64,000 bases of DNA from Arenicellales bacterium (GCA_951813075.1 OX638343.1:2743999-2807998), one strand, 5' to 3'. Shown: positions 30,536 to 41,975, counted from the stretch's first letter. Numbers and translations: made by a program. The notes: generated by a model not told the origin, from the sequence alone.

Positions 30536-33370
30536 ATGAACTATAAAGATACGATCAATCTTCCAAAGACTGATTTTCCCATGCGCGCCAATCTCGTCAA
30601 ACGAGAGCCGGACATGCTTGCATTTTGGGACGAGATCGATTTGTACACCCGTCTGAGAGAAGCTGGAAGAGCTCGCAAGAAGTGGGTATTGCATGACGGA
30701 CCGCCATATGCAAACGGTGCACTGCATCTTGGACACGCAGTCAACAAGATACTGAAGGACGTTATCGTCAAATCCAAAACAATGGCGGGTTACGATTCAC
30801 CCTATGTTCCCGGCTGGGATTGCCACGGTCTGCCGATTGAGCACGAAGTTGAAAAGAAAATAGGCCGGGAGATCTACCGCACGGATCCATCAGCGTTTCG
30901 AAAGGCTTGCCGAAAGTTTGCCACGGAACAGATAGATGTTCAGAGAAATGGTTTCATACGCATGGGTGTAATAGGTGATTGGTTCAACCCCTATCTGACC
31001 ATGAACTATGAGACCGAGGCCAATGGCATTCGAGCATTAGCCCGAATTATGGAAAACGGGCACATCATGCACGATCTGATGACTGTGTACTGGTGTTCGG
31101 ACTGCGCCTCTGCACTTGCCGAAGCGGAAGTGGAGTTTATGGACAAGATATCACCGACAGTGGATGTTCGTATGATGGCGATTGACCGTTCTGCTGTGAT
31201 GCAGGTGTTCGGAAAGCAGGAAAACGATGCCGACGCCATGTCTGTGAGCGCGGTGGTCTGGACGACGACGGCATGGACGTTACCCGCTAATCGTGCAATC
31301 GCTGTGCATCCCGATTTCAAATATTGTCTCGTAAGGTGTTCCATCAACGCGGGCGCAGACGAGTATTTGATCCTGGCGGAAGAATTGGTTGCATCATGCA
31401 TGGCACGCTACGGTGTTGGACAACATGAGATTATCGCTTCAGCCAGCGGAAGCGAACTGGTGGGGGTCGAATTCGGTCATCCTATCGATAAAGACGACAG
31501 ACCCGTACCGACTATTGTCGGCGAGCATGTTACGCTGGATGCTGGAACAGGGTTGGTACATACCGCGCCAGGTCACGGACAGGAGGACTTTGATCTGGGT
31601 AAACGCTACAATCTCGAAATCTACAATCCTGTCGGTCCAGACGGCAAATTCCTGCTCGATGTTCCACACGTTGCAGGACTGGCCGTTGAAGACGGCGCCA
31701 AGGTTGTAACCGAACTACTTCGGTCGCGCGGTGATTTGGTTTGCAGTGATGTGATTGAACACAGTTACGCCCATTGTTGGCGGCACAAGACGCCGATAAT
31801 TTTCCGGGCGACGCCCCAATGGTTCGTCAGTATGGAGCGCGCTAATTTGCGCGATACCGCATTGGACGCCATCAAGAATGTTCAATGGGTACCGAAGTGG
31901 GGTGAAGCTCGAATTGACGGCATGGTAAGAAATCGCCCTGACTGGTGTCTTTCACGGCAACGGGTCTGGGGAACCCCACTCACCTTGTACACCCACAAGC
32001 AGACAGGTGAACTTCATCCGGATGCGCTTGAAATTTTCGAGAGGGTGGCGAAGAAAGTGGAGCAGGGCGGAATTGATGCATGGTTTGACTTGGATGATTC
32101 GGAATTCATTGGGGAAGACAGTGCTGATTACGACAAGGTTACCGATGTACTGGACGTTTGGTTTGATTCTGGTGCAACACACTACAGCGTGCTTGACAAT
32201 CGTTGTGAACTTACAAATCCCGCCGGCATGTATTTGGAAGGGTCGGACCAGCATCGCGGTTGGTTTCAGTCAAGTCTGCTTGTCAGTGCAGCGATCAATG
32301 GCACCGCACCGTATCATTCAGTGCTCACGCATGGGTTTACAGTTGATGGCGAAGGACGCAAAATGTCCAAATCGGTTGGCAATATCATCAGCCCGCAGGA
32401 AGTCATCGACAAACTAGGTGCGGACGTACTTCGTCTTTGGGTTTCCTCGACTGAATACGAAGCGGAAATGGGCATATCACAGGAAATTCTCATTCGAACA
32501 ACCGATTCGTATCGACGCATACGCAACACCGCCCGATTTCTGGTCGGGAATCTGAATGGATTCGATTTATCGGACTGCATAGCGTGGGACGAAATGCTAG
32601 AACTGGACCGATGGGCGGTTCGAACGGCAATCATACTGAATGGTGAAATTGAACAGGCGTACGAGAGTTATCGATTCCACGTGATCTGTCAAAAGCTTCA
32701 CCGATTTTGTATTGTCGATATGGGTGGATTCTATCTGGATGTTCTAAAAGACCGTCTCTATACGATGCCAAGGGATAGTCGAGCGAGAAGGTCCGCACAG
32801 ACGGCGATGTACCACATTCTTGAAGCCTTTGTCCGATGGCTTGCACCGATATTGAGTTTCACCGCCGAGGAAATCTGGAAATTCGTTCCCGGAGATCGCG
32901 AGCAATCGGTTTTTCTGTCGCAATGGTACGATGGCTGGCCGAAAGCTGCCATGAGCGATGGTGCGATGGAAATGGACTTTTGGAAGAAAGTAATTGAAGT
33001 ACGTGAAGAGGTCAATCGTCAACTGGAAAAGAGTCGAGAAAAAGGATTGATTGGCTCTGCACTGGCAGCGGATGTTTCTCTGTACTGCTCGGATGAGTTG
33101 CGTGAGACACTGAGTCGACTCGGCGACGAACTGCGCTTCGTGACAATTACTTCCAGCGCGTCGGTTCAACCGGTAGAATCGATGAATAACTCGGCAGAGA
33201 AATCTGACATTGATGGATTAGCGATTAAAGTGGCGAAATCCGAGTATAGCAAGTGTATCCGGTGCTGGCATCAAACGCCGGATGTCGGACACGATGAACA
33301 ACACCCTGAGATTTGTCTGCGATGCGTTTCCAACATTTCTGGTTCCGGCGAGCAAAGACACTATGTATGA
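30536..33370 (+). CDS. ileS: Isoleucyl-tRNA synthetase
   Basis: About 944 aa. It has a HIGH-type motif ([15 protein letters not shown]), KMSKS (KMSKSVGN), and a C-terminal Zn motif (CIRCWH...CLRC). Confidence 0.97.
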   Translation: MNYKDTINLPKTDFPMRANLVKREPDMLAFWDEIDLYTRLREAGRARKKWVLHDGPPYANGALHLGHAVNKILKDVIVKSKTMAGYDSPYVPGWDCHGLPIEHEVEKKIGREIYRTDPSAFRKACRKFATEQIDVQRNGFIRMGVIGDWFNPYLTMNYETEANGIRALARIMENGHIMHDLMTVYWCSDCASALAEAEVEFMDKISPTVDVRMMAIDRSAVMQVFGKQENDADAMSVSAVVWTTTAWTLPANRAIAVHPDFKYCLVRCSINAGADEYLILAEELVASCMARYGVGQHEIIASASGSELVGVEFGHPIDKDDRPVPTIVGEHVTLDAGTGLVHTAPGHGQEDFDLGKRYNLEIYNPVGPDGKFLLDVPHVAGLAVEDGAKVVTELLRSRGDLVCSDVIEHSYAHCWRHKTPIIFRATPQWFVSMERANLRDTALDAIKNVQWVPKWGEARIDGMVRNRPDWCLSRQRVWGTPLTLYTHKQTGELHPDALEIFERVAKKVEQGGIDAWFDLDDSEFIGEDSADYDKVTDVLDVWFDSGATHYSVLDNRCELTNPAGMYLEGSDQHRGWFQSSLLVSAAINGTAPYHSVLTHGFTVDGEGRKMSKSVGNIISPQEVIDKLGADVLRLWVSSTEYEAEMGISQEILIRTTDSYRRIRNTARFLVGNLNGFDLSDCIAWDEMLELDRWAVRTAIILNGEIEQAYESYRFHVICQKLHRFCIVDMGGFYLDVLKDRLYTMPRDSRARRSAQTAMYHILEAFVRWLAPILSFTAEEIWKFVPGDREQSVFLSQWYDGWPKAAMSDGAMEMDFWKKVIEVREEVNRQLEKSREKGLIGSALAADVSLYCSDELRETLSRLGDELRFVTITSSASVQPVESMNNSAEKSDIDGLAIKVAKSEYSKCIRCWHQTPDVGHDEQHPEICLRCVSNISGSGEQRHYV

Positions 33371-33416
33371 GTCGGGTCGGACTAAATGTCGATCGGCGCA
33401 ATAAAAAAGACCGTGT

Positions 33417-33929
33417 ATGTCAGACACCCAGTCGCAGTTGAGTGAACGAAAGACCCTAGCAATTCATATTGGAATCGCTTTGCTTGTGCTGGTTCTGGAT
33501 CAGTTCACGAAAGCGATTGTCTTAACGAATCTTGAGCCGTTCAAGCCACTTCCAGTCACTGAATTTTTCAATCTTTATCTTGTATTCAACAAGGGTGCTG
33601 CATTCGGATTTTTAGCCAGTTCTGACATTGACGCCAACACGCTATTCTTGTTTGTCAACGTTGGAATTTTGGCGTTGCTTCTGTATATTCTCTGGCTCTC
33701 GAGGCCTGGTCGCAGCCAAGCCGTAACCGGTATTTGGCTGATTATAGGCGGTGCGGTAGGTAACCTGATTGATCGGGTGACACACGGCCATGTTGTGGAT
33801 TTTTTGGATTTCCACTACGCTGGCTGGCATTACAGTACATTCAATCTAGCCGATGCCTGCATTACAACTGGAGCGGTTTTGGTCGCGTTGGAGATTTTCA
33901 AACTCAGAATATTATTTCGACACGGTTGA
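33417..33929 (+). CDS. lspA: Lipoprotein signal peptidase (signal peptidase II)
   Basis: 170 aa with 4 TM segments and the motifs FNKGAAFGF and GGAVGNLIDR..HGHVVDF. It sits in the conserved position after ileS. Confidence 0.9.
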   Translation: MSDTQSQLSERKTLAIHIGIALLVLVLDQFTKAIVLTNLEPFKPLPVTEFFNLYLVFNKGAAFGFLASSDIDANTLFLFVNVGILALLLYILWLSRPGRSQAVTGIWLIIGGAVGNLIDRVTHGHVVDFLDFHYAGWHYSTFNLADACITTGAVLVALEIFKLRILFRHG

Positions 33930-33940
33930 AAATCGGTAGT

Positions 33941-34996
33941 TCAGGATAGATATTTCTCCAATTGATCCTGATAGGCGAAGATACCTGGTGTCCCGCCGGT
34001 GTGGATGAATAGGAGATTTGAGTTGGCGGGAGACTGTCGTGCTTGAGAGAGAAATGCCGCCATTGTTTTTCCGGAATAGGTAGGATCCAAGACCAGCCCC
34101 TCGCGTCGTGCAGCGCACAACATGGCTTCCCACACCTGCGAGTTGGCCTGCCCGTAACCTGGACGCAGAACTTCGTCGGTTACGCGAAAATCATCAAATT
34201 TGAGATCAGGGTCAAAATTCAGCATAGAAACCAGTCCGATACAATGCGCTCGAATTCGGTCGATTTGCAATTCTTTTTTTCGTCGAACGCACACCCCTGT
34301 AACCTTGGAGTCACACCCGAACATTCTCAAACCGAACAAAAGACCCGCGTGCGTACTACCACTGCCCGATGCAACAAAAATCTCATCTATCTGCAGGTCC
34401 TGCTTTCGCAGCTGTCGTACAATTTCAGCGGCGCCTCTGACATATCCGAGTGCGCCGTACGGTTTGTGTCCCAGGCCCAAGTGAATCACATAGGGTTTTC
34501 GACCCTGCAATCGGAGTGCATCTGCCATTTCTTCGAGTTTTGCATCCGCACCGTCCTCGTTTTCACCTTCCGGAAAATAGTGCAGTTGAGCGCCAAACAA
34601 CCGGTCCAAAAGAACATTGCCTGATGAATGATAGGAATCTGATGATGTATCAACCCTTGATTCCAGTTGAATATGACACTGCATACCCAATTTAGCAGCG
34701 AATCCTGCAGTAATCCGGGCAAAGTTTGACTGGACAGCCCCGGTAATCAATACCGTATCCGCGCCTTGCGCGATAGCGTCGCCGAAGTAGTATTCAAGCT
34801 GACGTACCTTATTTCCACCAAAAGCCAATGAATTGCAGTCATCTCGCTTGATGAACAGTTTCGTTCCGTTACAGTCCTCCGAAAGATTCGGTAGAGGTTC
34901 AAGCGCAGTCGCTTCTGAAAACGCGATTGCGCGTGGGAAGAGAATCAGGTCATCAACTGCTGCTACATCCAGTGGTGGGCTCATGATTTTGAGCAC
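33941..34996 (-). CDS. PLP-dependent D-cysteine desulfhydrase / ACC deaminase-family enzyme
   Basis: 351 aa with the PLP-lysine context KRDDCNSLAFGGNKVRQLEY and a C-terminal IHTGG motif. Confidence 0.8.
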   Translation of the reverse strand: MLKIMSPPLDVAAVDDLILFPRAIAFSEATALEPLPNLSEDCNGTKLFIKRDDCNSLAFGGNKVRQLEYYFGDAIAQGADTVLITGAVQSNFARITAGFAAKLGMQCHIQLESRVDTSSDSYHSSGNVLLDRLFGAQLHYFPEGENEDGADAKLEEMADALRLQGRKPYVIHLGLGHKPYGALGYVRGAAEIVRQLRKQDLQIDEIFVASGSGSTHAGLLFGLRMFGCDSKVTGVCVRRKKELQIDRIRAHCIGLVSMLNFDPDLKFDDFRVTDEVLRPGYGQANSQVWEAMLCAARREGLVLDPTYSGKTMAAFLSQARQSPANSNLLFIHTGGTPGIFAYQDQLEKYLS

Positions 34997-35017
34997 CGCG
35001 TTTTGTTTGGATGTGCA

Positions 35018-37636
35018 CTAGGCAGCGACTTCACGCTTTTTTCGTCTGGACTGAATGAAGATCACTCCGGCCAATACAACCAGTGCCGGTATATAGAAAA
35101 TTTCCTTTGGCATTCGCTCGGCTGGTTGTTGGATATGATCGATGACAACTGGCTCATCGCTGTAGAAATCGAAAATATCACCAATTTTTATGAATAGATC
35201 CGTTCCAACAAACGGTTCATCGATTCTCATTTGTCCGTTTTCATTGATAACTGTCAGACCAGCATCGGTCAATCTTTTTTCCGCTTCCTCCAAATCGCCA
35301 AGAGGAACCAGTACTGTTGTACTTGTTACTTCTCCTGTATCAAAATCAGGACCGCTGATTACGACTGACATGACACCGTTTTGCGGAATGTCACGAACTA
35401 TATCGTAGACTTTGGTCGGTTCAACCTGATGATGTGGTGGTTGAATTTGGTCCAACCAGTAGCCCGGTCTGAACAGTGTAAATGCGACGAGCAGTAAAAC
35501 GGCAGATTCCCACAATCTGTTCTTGGTCAAAAGGTATCGTTGGGTGGCTGAAGCGAATAGCATCATGGCAATGACCGCAACCACGAAAACCAATATCGCT
35601 TTCATCGGCGATACGTCGATAAGCAACAAATCGGTATTGAATATGAACAAGAATGGCAGCAACGCGGTACGAATGTCATAGGCAAATCCCTGAATGCCAG
35701 TTTTAATCGGGTCGCCTTTTGAAATTGCGGCTGCAGCAAACGCGGCAAGTCCTACAGGTGGAGTATCATCCGCCAGTATGCCGAAGTAAAAGACAAAAAG
35801 ATGCACTGCGATAATAGGAACAACCAACCCGTTCTGAGCCCCGAGTAACAAAATGACAGGTGCCATCAATGATGAGACAACGATATAGTTTGCGGTAGTG
35901 GGCAAGCCCATTCCGAGGATCAGGCTCATGACTGCAACAAGTAAAAGCATTGCGATCAGGCTCCCACCGGACAGAAATTCGACGAATTCACCAACAACCT
36001 GATGCGCACCGGTCAGCGAAACTGTACCGACGATGATGCCTGCAGCGCCAGTGGCTACAGCAATTGCAACCATGTTGGTTGAGCCAGCAATCATTCCATC
36101 CTTCCATTCAATTACGCCTTTTCTGAATTCCTGTGATAAGTTTCCGGTTTTTCGGAATAAAGCTTTCAAAGGATGCTGGGTTACGGCAACAATCGTGATT
36201 GCCACCATTGCCCAGAATGCTGAGAAAGACGGTGAGAGCCGTTCAAGCACGATGCACCAGATGAGAATGACGATCGGCAATATGTAATACAGCCCGGTGA
36301 TCGCGGTTGCACCGGCACGGGGAAGTTCCGTAATTGGAGCATCTGGCGCGTCAACGGTGAGGTCATCTTTTTGCGAGGCGAACCAAACCAGAATCAGATA
36401 AACGACCGAGCAAAGCACGACTACAACGGTAAAAGATGCTGCCGGGAAGGCATGCTTGATCCAGCCCATGCCATAGTAGACTGCGAGTCCGAGAAGTGCG
36501 ATGAATATGAATCCACCCAGAAAACCAATGATCTTCGTCATCAGGGTCAGCGATGACGGTGGTTTTGCCAATCCTTTCAGATTCAGTTTCAGCGATTCAA
36601 GATGAACGATGTAAACCAGTGCAATGTAGGATACCAGTGCAGGAACCAGTGCGTGCTTGATGATTTCGGTGTAACTGATTCCAGTGAATTCTGCGATCAG
36701 AAAGGCTGCCGCGCCCATGACTGGCGGTGTCAGCTGCCCGTTGGTGGATGATGCGACTTCAACCGCGCCGGCTTTTTCCGCTGAAAGTCCTGTACGCTTC
36801 ATCAACGGGATTGTGAACGTACCGGTGGTAACTGTGTTGGCGATTGATGAACCGGAATACAAACCGCTCATTGCTGACGCGAGCACCGCGGCCTTCGCCG
36901 GACCACCGCGTAAATGGCCCAACAGCGCGAATGCCACTTTGATAAAGAAATTTCCGGCACCGGATTTTTCCAATATTGACCCAAACAGAACGAAAAGAAA
37001 TATAAGTGAAGCCGATACACCCAGTGCTACGCCGAACACTCCTTCGTTTTGCATCCAGTAGTGCCACATCGCCTTGCCGTAAGACGCTCCTTTCCACTGC
37101 ACCGTCTCAGGTAGGAATTCTGCATTCCCGAAGAACACATAAAGAACGAAAACCGATGCGACGATTAGCAAAGGTAGTCCGAGCGCACGAAATACTGTAA
37201 TTCCAAGCATGATCATGCCGATCGTCGAGATGACGAGGTCGCCGGTTGTAGGCAATCCAGCTCGCACGGCAATCTCATTGCGCAGGACAACAATGTACAG
37301 ACAGGAAATAACACCTAGTAGGATTAGAATCCAGTCGTACCACGGAATGTACGATTTCGGACTGGATTTGAGCAATGGAAACGACATCGTCGCCAGTACA
37401 AAAGCGAAAGCCAGGTGGATCAATCGGGCATTTGAACTGGTGACCACCAGCGGAATCCCCGTGACCTCAGTGAGGTAAAAGGGAAAATTAGACGAAATGT
37501 AAATCTGGAATAGCGCCCAGATAAACGCGATTATCAGAATAAGGCGACCTTGCCAGCCAGTTGCCGCCCGCGACCCCGTATCGGCGCTGGCGAGCAATTC
37601 TTGTGCTGAAACACTTCGTTTCTTATCTGTAATCAT
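35018..37636 (-). CDS. TAXI-type TRAP transporter fused permease (4TM/12TM fusion) with a C-terminal soluble domain
   Basis: 872 aa. A long polytopic region is followed by a non-membrane domain of about 150 aa (..VYDIVRDIPQNGVMSVVISGPDFDTGE..) and a final TM segment. It lies downstream of a TAXI SBP gene. Confidence 0.9.
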   Translation of the reverse strand: MITDKKRSVSAQELLASADTGSRAATGWQGRLILIIAFIWALFQIYISSNFPFYLTEVTGIPLVVTSSNARLIHLAFAFVLATMSFPLLKSSPKSYIPWYDWILILLGVISCLYIVVLRNEIAVRAGLPTTGDLVISTIGMIMLGITVFRALGLPLLIVASVFVLYVFFGNAEFLPETVQWKGASYGKAMWHYWMQNEGVFGVALGVSASLIFLFVLFGSILEKSGAGNFFIKVAFALLGHLRGGPAKAAVLASAMSGLYSGSSIANTVTTGTFTIPLMKRTGLSAEKAGAVEVASSTNGQLTPPVMGAAAFLIAEFTGISYTEIIKHALVPALVSYIALVYIVHLESLKLNLKGLAKPPSSLTLMTKIIGFLGGFIFIALLGLAVYYGMGWIKHAFPAASFTVVVVLCSVVYLILVWFASQKDDLTVDAPDAPITELPRAGATAITGLYYILPIVILIWCIVLERLSPSFSAFWAMVAITIVAVTQHPLKALFRKTGNLSQEFRKGVIEWKDGMIAGSTNMVAIAVATGAAGIIVGTVSLTGAHQVVGEFVEFLSGGSLIAMLLLVAVMSLILGMGLPTTANYIVVSSLMAPVILLLGAQNGLVVPIIAVHLFVFYFGILADDTPPVGLAAFAAAAISKGDPIKTGIQGFAYDIRTALLPFLFIFNTDLLLIDVSPMKAILVFVVAVIAMMLFASATQRYLLTKNRLWESAVLLLVAFTLFRPGYWLDQIQPPHHQVEPTKVYDIVRDIPQNGVMSVVISGPDFDTGEVTSTTVLVPLGDLEEAEKRLTDAGLTVINENGQMRIDEPFVGTDLFIKIGDIFDFYSDEPVVIDHIQQPAERMPKEIFYIPALVVLAGVIFIQSRRKKREVAA

Positions 37637-37672
37637 GTTGGCTCGGCCTTCGGGTGGTCGGTTTAAGAAAAT

Positions 37673-37704
37673 AACCGGAGAAGATTCTACAATCTCCTCC
37701 GGTT
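37673..37704 (-). promoter_or_regulatory. Intercistronic stem-loop after the TAXI SBP gene (8-bp stem)
   Basis: aaccggag ... ctccggtt lies in the 82-nt gap between the SBP stop and the fused-permease start. An alternative pairing is ggaga / tctcc. Confidence 0.4.
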
Positions 37705-37718
37705 GTCGAGTCTAGAAA

Positions 37719-38687
37719 TTACATCCAGCCTCTTTCCTTGTAATACTTCGCGGCGCCTTCGTGAAGAGGTGCAGAAAGCGAGTCGGAAATCATTTCCTCA
37801 GGTTTCAGATTGGCGAATGCCGGATGAAGTTTCTTGAAGTCTTCGAAATTTTCAAATACTGCTTTAACGACAACGTAGACAACTTCGGCTGGAACATCAG
37901 CGCTGGTGACGAACGTCGCGCCGACGCCGAATGTTGTGATGTCAGATTCGTTGTTATACATACCTGCCGGTATTGTGGCAGTTCGATAGTACGAATTTTC
38001 AGCGACCAGTTTGTCGATCGCATCACCGGTTGCATTAACCAAGTGAGTTGCACAGGTCGACAGTGACTCTTGAGTCAATGCGGACGGATGTCCAACCAGC
38101 CAGAAATAAGCATCAATCTTGCGGTCGCAGACAGCCTGACCGGTTTCTGCCGATTTCATTTCTGCCGCGAGTCTCAGATCACTTCGACTCCATCCCAACG
38201 CTTCCTCAATCACTTCCCAAGTACCGCGGGTACCGGAACCAGGGTTGCCAATGTTCACGCGCATACCTTTTAGGTCTGTGATGTTTTGAATTCCAGAATC
38301 ATCGTGTGCAATGATCGTAACGGGTTCCGGATGAACTGAGAATACAGCTCTCAACCCCTCAAACATTCCTTGGTCTTCAAACTTCGAAGTTCCGTTGAAC
38401 GCATGATATTGCCAGTCTGACTGTGCAACACCAAATTCCAACTCACCCGTACGAACGTTGTTTATGTTGTAAATTGAACCGCCGGTTGATTCTGCGGAAC
38501 AGCGAATGCCATGATCCTTACGACCTTTATTAACCAGTCTGCAGATTGCTCCGCCGGTTGGATAGTACACACCTGTCACGCCGCCAGTTCCGATACTGAC
38601 AAACTGCTGTTGGCTCTGCGCAGGGATAATGCCCGCGGCCAAAGTCATGCACAGTGACGAGGCAATTGCGATAAAAGTTTTCTTCAT
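37719..38687 (-). CDS. TAXI-family TRAP transporter solute-binding subunit
   Basis: ORF trimmed to the Met that opens a signal peptide (MKKTFIAIASSLCMTLAAGIIPAQS). TAXI-like motifs follow (VSIGTGGVTGVYYPTGGAICRLVN). Confidence 0.85.
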   Translation of the reverse strand: MKKTFIAIASSLCMTLAAGIIPAQSQQQFVSIGTGGVTGVYYPTGGAICRLVNKGRKDHGIRCSAESTGGSIYNINNVRTGELEFGVAQSDWQYHAFNGTSKFEDQGMFEGLRAVFSVHPEPVTIIAHDDSGIQNITDLKGMRVNIGNPGSGTRGTWEVIEEALGWSRSDLRLAAEMKSAETGQAVCDRKIDAYFWLVGHPSALTQESLSTCATHLVNATGDAIDKLVAENSYYRTATIPAGMYNNESDITTFGVGATFVTSADVPAEVVYVVVKAVFENFEDFKKLHPAFANLKPEEMISDSLSAPLHEGAAKYYKERGWM

Positions 38688-38774
38688 AATTAAATACCTC
38701 TGAGAGTAATTAAAATCATTGTAGTAAATAAATTGTAGTTGAACTTGCAAATGTGTATATATGCAGCAATTCTA

Positions 38775-39560
38775 AAGATGATTACTGTGGATTTGCAATG
38801 TATTGACACTTCATTCTCAATCTTCCAGCGGTTCTTTCCAGACTACGCCAGGTGCCCGATATTGTCTTCGGTGAAGTCAAACGAGGTGAAGAAGTCATTA
38901 TAGAGATTTGACCTTGCCTTGCCGGACCACTTTGAACGATCGCCAGCTGACATCAGGCGTATCGTCGCGGTCTCGCAGCGGCAGACCGTTGTAATATCGG
39001 TAGCGGTGCGTGACCCGTTGTATTTGTTTGCCCCAGGCGGGGTGTTCGAGTTCGACGATTTACAACCGCCAGATAGTCAAAGAGGGTGAAGTGTGAGCCG
39101 GGTTTGGCGCTGAAGATGAAATCGGAGTAGGGCAACACAGACAGCATCCCGACTAACGCCTGTCGAGCATACTGGGTGTTGGCGAGAATTACCGGACGAT
39201 GCTGGCGGGCGAAGTTTTCACTATGTTCGTTCAGTCATTGCTCGGCCGCCCTGAGCTCGCAGTCCTGCCTTGTGTCACCGTCCTGTGGGTCGATGAACTC
39301 CACTGCCAGCGGCAGTCCCGGGTTGGGTTGTCGTGCAATGGCGCAGACCACCACCATCTGATGGAAATACTCGTTGATGGCACCCCGATGTTTCCGTACA
39401 GAGCATTGATTGCATTGTATATTCCGGGAGTTGTGAAACTCGGTGCTTTTGGAAACAATTTACCCGAACTGTACGAATATAACCAGTCGATTGGTTTAAC
39501 TGAATTTCTGAATGAAATTTTGGACAGTGACGAAATTGACATTTTCATGGATGATGGCTT
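38775..39560 (-). pseudogene. Degraded DDE transposase (family not assigned), with multiple frameshifts and stops, N-terminally truncated
   Basis: Minus-strand pieces in different frames read ..YFHQMVVVCAIARQPNPGLPLAVEFIDPQDGDTRQDCELRAAEQ*, then ..RQHRPVILANTQYARQALVGMLSVLPYSDFIFSAKPGSHFTLFDYL.., then ..RYYNGLPLRDRDDTPDVSWRSF.., then ..NRWKIENEV(F)NTL.. The RWKIENE.FNTLK string is, from memory, typical of a transposase family I cannot name. Boundaries are approximate. Confidence 0.5.
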
Positions 39561-39900
39561 CCATCACGAAGACGCCATCATGACCACGCCCCAACGATCA
39601 GTTCGTGTATAGGGTCGAGGACAATTCTAGTGATTACAAGAAAATCGAACTGGAATATACGCGATGTTCCATACACGTCGACGGTGAACTTTCAGAATTT
39701 ACTTCACCGTCAAGCAATACGCACTGACGCTTCGCCTATTGGCTATTTGATGTCCTATTTGCACTGGAAAAACTCACGAAAATCAGTTCGTCCTCTGAGT
39801 ACCGGATGCTTGTTTCGTGATCTGGGCCGGTACTCGCATAACCGAATTATTCTCAAGACCCGGTTACCGAGCCGTGACAATGTGCAGCCTGTTGCGGTTG

Positions 39901-39933
39901 TTCAAATTAAATCGAGGTGCAATTACACCTCGA
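39901..39933 (-). terminator. Rho-independent terminator of the porin gene
   Basis: On the minus strand: tcgaggtg / taattg / cacctcga followed by tttaatttgaa, 30 nt after the porin stop. Confidence 0.6.
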
Positions 39934-39963
39934 CTCCTTCAAAATTGCCAGAATTTGATCAGG

Positions 39964-41031
39964 TCAGAAGTCAACCTGCAGCCATATCGCGGTACTGGAA
40001 TCCGCGTCGCTATCTGGCTCACCATGTTCGAAATTCAATGTAGCACCGCCACCCAGACTTCTGGACAGTCCAAGCGTCCATGGAGTTGACTTGTCTTCGA
40101 ATAGGCCTGAAACCGCCACGTTGTTGTCAAATTCAGCACCGCGGCTGTTTCTTTTCTCACTTCTCATCGTGAACACATAGTTGACCCCAGTGTCGCCGAC
40201 TCCACCGTGCACTCCGGCGAAGGTGATCCTCGTTTTTGACTGGTCATAACAGCCTTCTTGATTGGTATTTACTACATTTCGTGTACAACCGACGTCTTCC
40301 ATCGAATCCCGGCTGTAACCGATAAATACTGTCATGTCGCCAATACCGTAATTACCCGCAACGAAACTCGAAGACATTTTTTTCACTGCAGTGGCATCGT
40401 CAGATCTATCCGCTGATTCCGCATCTTGATGTTTCCGGTACGCAATTGCGATCGAGCCGGTTTCCATCAAACCACCGAGTGTCGCACCGAAATTGAATCC
40501 GTCCCCGGTCTTACCCGTGGATTGATCCATGATGGCATCCGCCTGCAGACTGACATTACCGACAGAAACCGCATACGACACTGCATTTTCGAACCTCAAT
40601 CCTGTCTCTCCCGTTGATCCGTACCAGAGCGCCTGGTCAACGATCCCGCCAAAATGGTTGTAGGCGGCGCCCCAGACTTTTCCGATCGTGACGGTGCCGA
40701 AACCACCGGAAAGACCGACATAGGAAAGCCTGCCACCGGTATCGTTACCATCGTCGTCATTGGGATCACCAGCATTGGTGGAGTCGATACTTCGCTCGTA
40801 GCGGTATACCGCCGTCAGGCCCTCGGACACCTCGTTCGAGCCCTGGATGCCCCAGCGGGAAGCGAAATCCGATACGCCAGTTTTGGCGGGGGTTGGATTG
40901 CCGTCAGCGTCCTCACCTGGTGCCGACGAGATACCGGTTCGGATCGAACCGTACCACGACGCTTCCGCAAAGACTGTTGAGGGGATACTCAATAACACTC
41001 CAAGAAGCGATACGGTTAACACTTTCTTCAT
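39964..41031 (-). CDS. Outer-membrane general porin (Gram-negative porin family)
   Basis: 355 aa with a signal peptide (MKKVLTVSLLGVLLSIPSTVFA). The composition is Gly/Asp/Asn/Tyr-rich with alternating beta-strand patterns, and the C-terminus is ..AIWLQVDF. The SD aggag lies upstream. Confidence 0.75.
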   Translation of the reverse strand: MKKVLTVSLLGVLLSIPSTVFAEASWYGSIRTGISSAPGEDADGNPTPAKTGVSDFASRWGIQGSNEVSEGLTAVYRYERSIDSTNAGDPNDDDGNDTGGRLSYVGLSGGFGTVTIGKVWGAAYNHFGGIVDQALWYGSTGETGLRFENAVSYAVSVGNVSLQADAIMDQSTGKTGDGFNFGATLGGLMETGSIAIAYRKHQDAESADRSDDATAVKKMSSSFVAGNYGIGDMTVFIGYSRDSMEDVGCTRNVVNTNQEGCYDQSKTRITFAGVHGGVGDTGVNYVFTMRSEKRNSRGAEFDNNVAVSGLFEDKSTPWTLGLSRSLGGGATLNFEHGEPDSDADSSTAIWLQVDF

Positions 41032-41061
41032 GATTTTCTCCTGAAGTCAATCGGTGAGAAT

Positions 41062-41081
41062 AATTGTCATATATGACAATT
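41062..41081. promoter_or_regulatory. Perfect 20-bp palindrome upstream of the porin gene (candidate operator or 5' UTR hairpin)
   Basis: aattgtcatatatgacaatt is exactly self-complementary, 31-50 nt upstream of the porin start codon. Confidence 0.35.
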
Positions 41082-41439
41082 TAGACACTGATTTTAACCG
41101 TCAACGCTACGCCAGACTTCACGAAATTGCGAAAATTGCGGTCACAACATTGCTTGCACGGCATAGGTGTTGCAGATATGCAACATCAAGGGTGAATTGG
41201 CGGCAGTTGAGGAGTGTCTGTGAGAAGGTTGAGTTTTACACCAGCCGGATCGGGGCGGTGAGTTCGGATGCGGTCGCGACATTGCCGCTTGGCTGGGGCT
41301 GGTAACCCGGCCTACCCATTCAGTACAAATCTGTTCAATCTGATTTGTAAAGTGCTCGGGAAGGCCGCACCGAAAAACCGAATGAAGAACCGGTGTTCAG
41401 ATTAAGGTTACTCGCGTTCAAATTAAGTTTATTTGGCAC

Positions 41440-41975
41440 CACTCGTCCAGACCGCGCATCGCCTTCGTGCAGCCGGCCAGCTGATTGCGCCTGCGCGCAT
41501 CATAAACCCCAAACTCTCCGCATACCCGACGACCCAGCGCCGTGCGCGTCTCAAAACGCTCGTCAGCCTCTGCGGTGCTGTCAGCGTACGCCGAATCTGA
41601 TTCTGCTGAGACATAACATGCGCAATTTATCAGTATGACAATAAAAGGTAAAGTACAGATTTGTGCTGAATGAGTATGCCCCAGCAGCACAGCAGCGGTG
41701 GACATAAAAAGTCCGGCGGCATCTCCAAATGCGGCGACCGCTACGTACGCACCATGTTGGTGCACGGCGCCCGGTCGGTGTATCTTGCGGCCGAACGCGA
41801 TCCGGACAATATGGACCCGCTGTACTGCAAGGCGAGACGGATCGCCGGGCGCAGAGGTTGCAATAAGGCGGTGGTGGCAGTGGCCAACCAGATGGCCCGC
41901 ATCAGCTGGGTGATATTGGCCAAGGGGGTTGAATACGAGCCGCTGAGAATCTCACAAACAGGATCAGCACAATGA
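41440..41975 (+). pseudogene. IS110-family transposase remnant
   Basis: 41670..41975 reads ..PQQHSSGGHKKSGGISKCGDRYVRTMLVHGARSV...CNKAVVAVANQMARISWVILAKG, the conserved IS110 C-terminal (Transposase_20) region. An upstream frame (..AHRLRAAGQLIAPARIINPKLSAY..) looks like a decayed middle part. It is interrupted by an AT-rich stretch at about 41600-41670 and the N-terminal catalytic domain is missing. It is visibly more GC-rich than its surroundings. Confidence 0.55.

Noticed and set aside
41062-41081. Palindrome read as a LexA/SOS box (CTGT-N8-ACAG)
   Set aside because: The sequence is TTGT-N8-ACAA, so the outer consensus bases differ. A porin is also not an expected SOS gene. I keep it only as a generic candidate operator.
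41418-41765. 115-codon minus-strand ORF, and ORFs 41393..41638 and 41698..41913
   Set aside because: They overlap the GC-rich IS110 remnant. GC-rich DNA keeps several frames open, and only the 41670..41975 frame shows transposase motifs.
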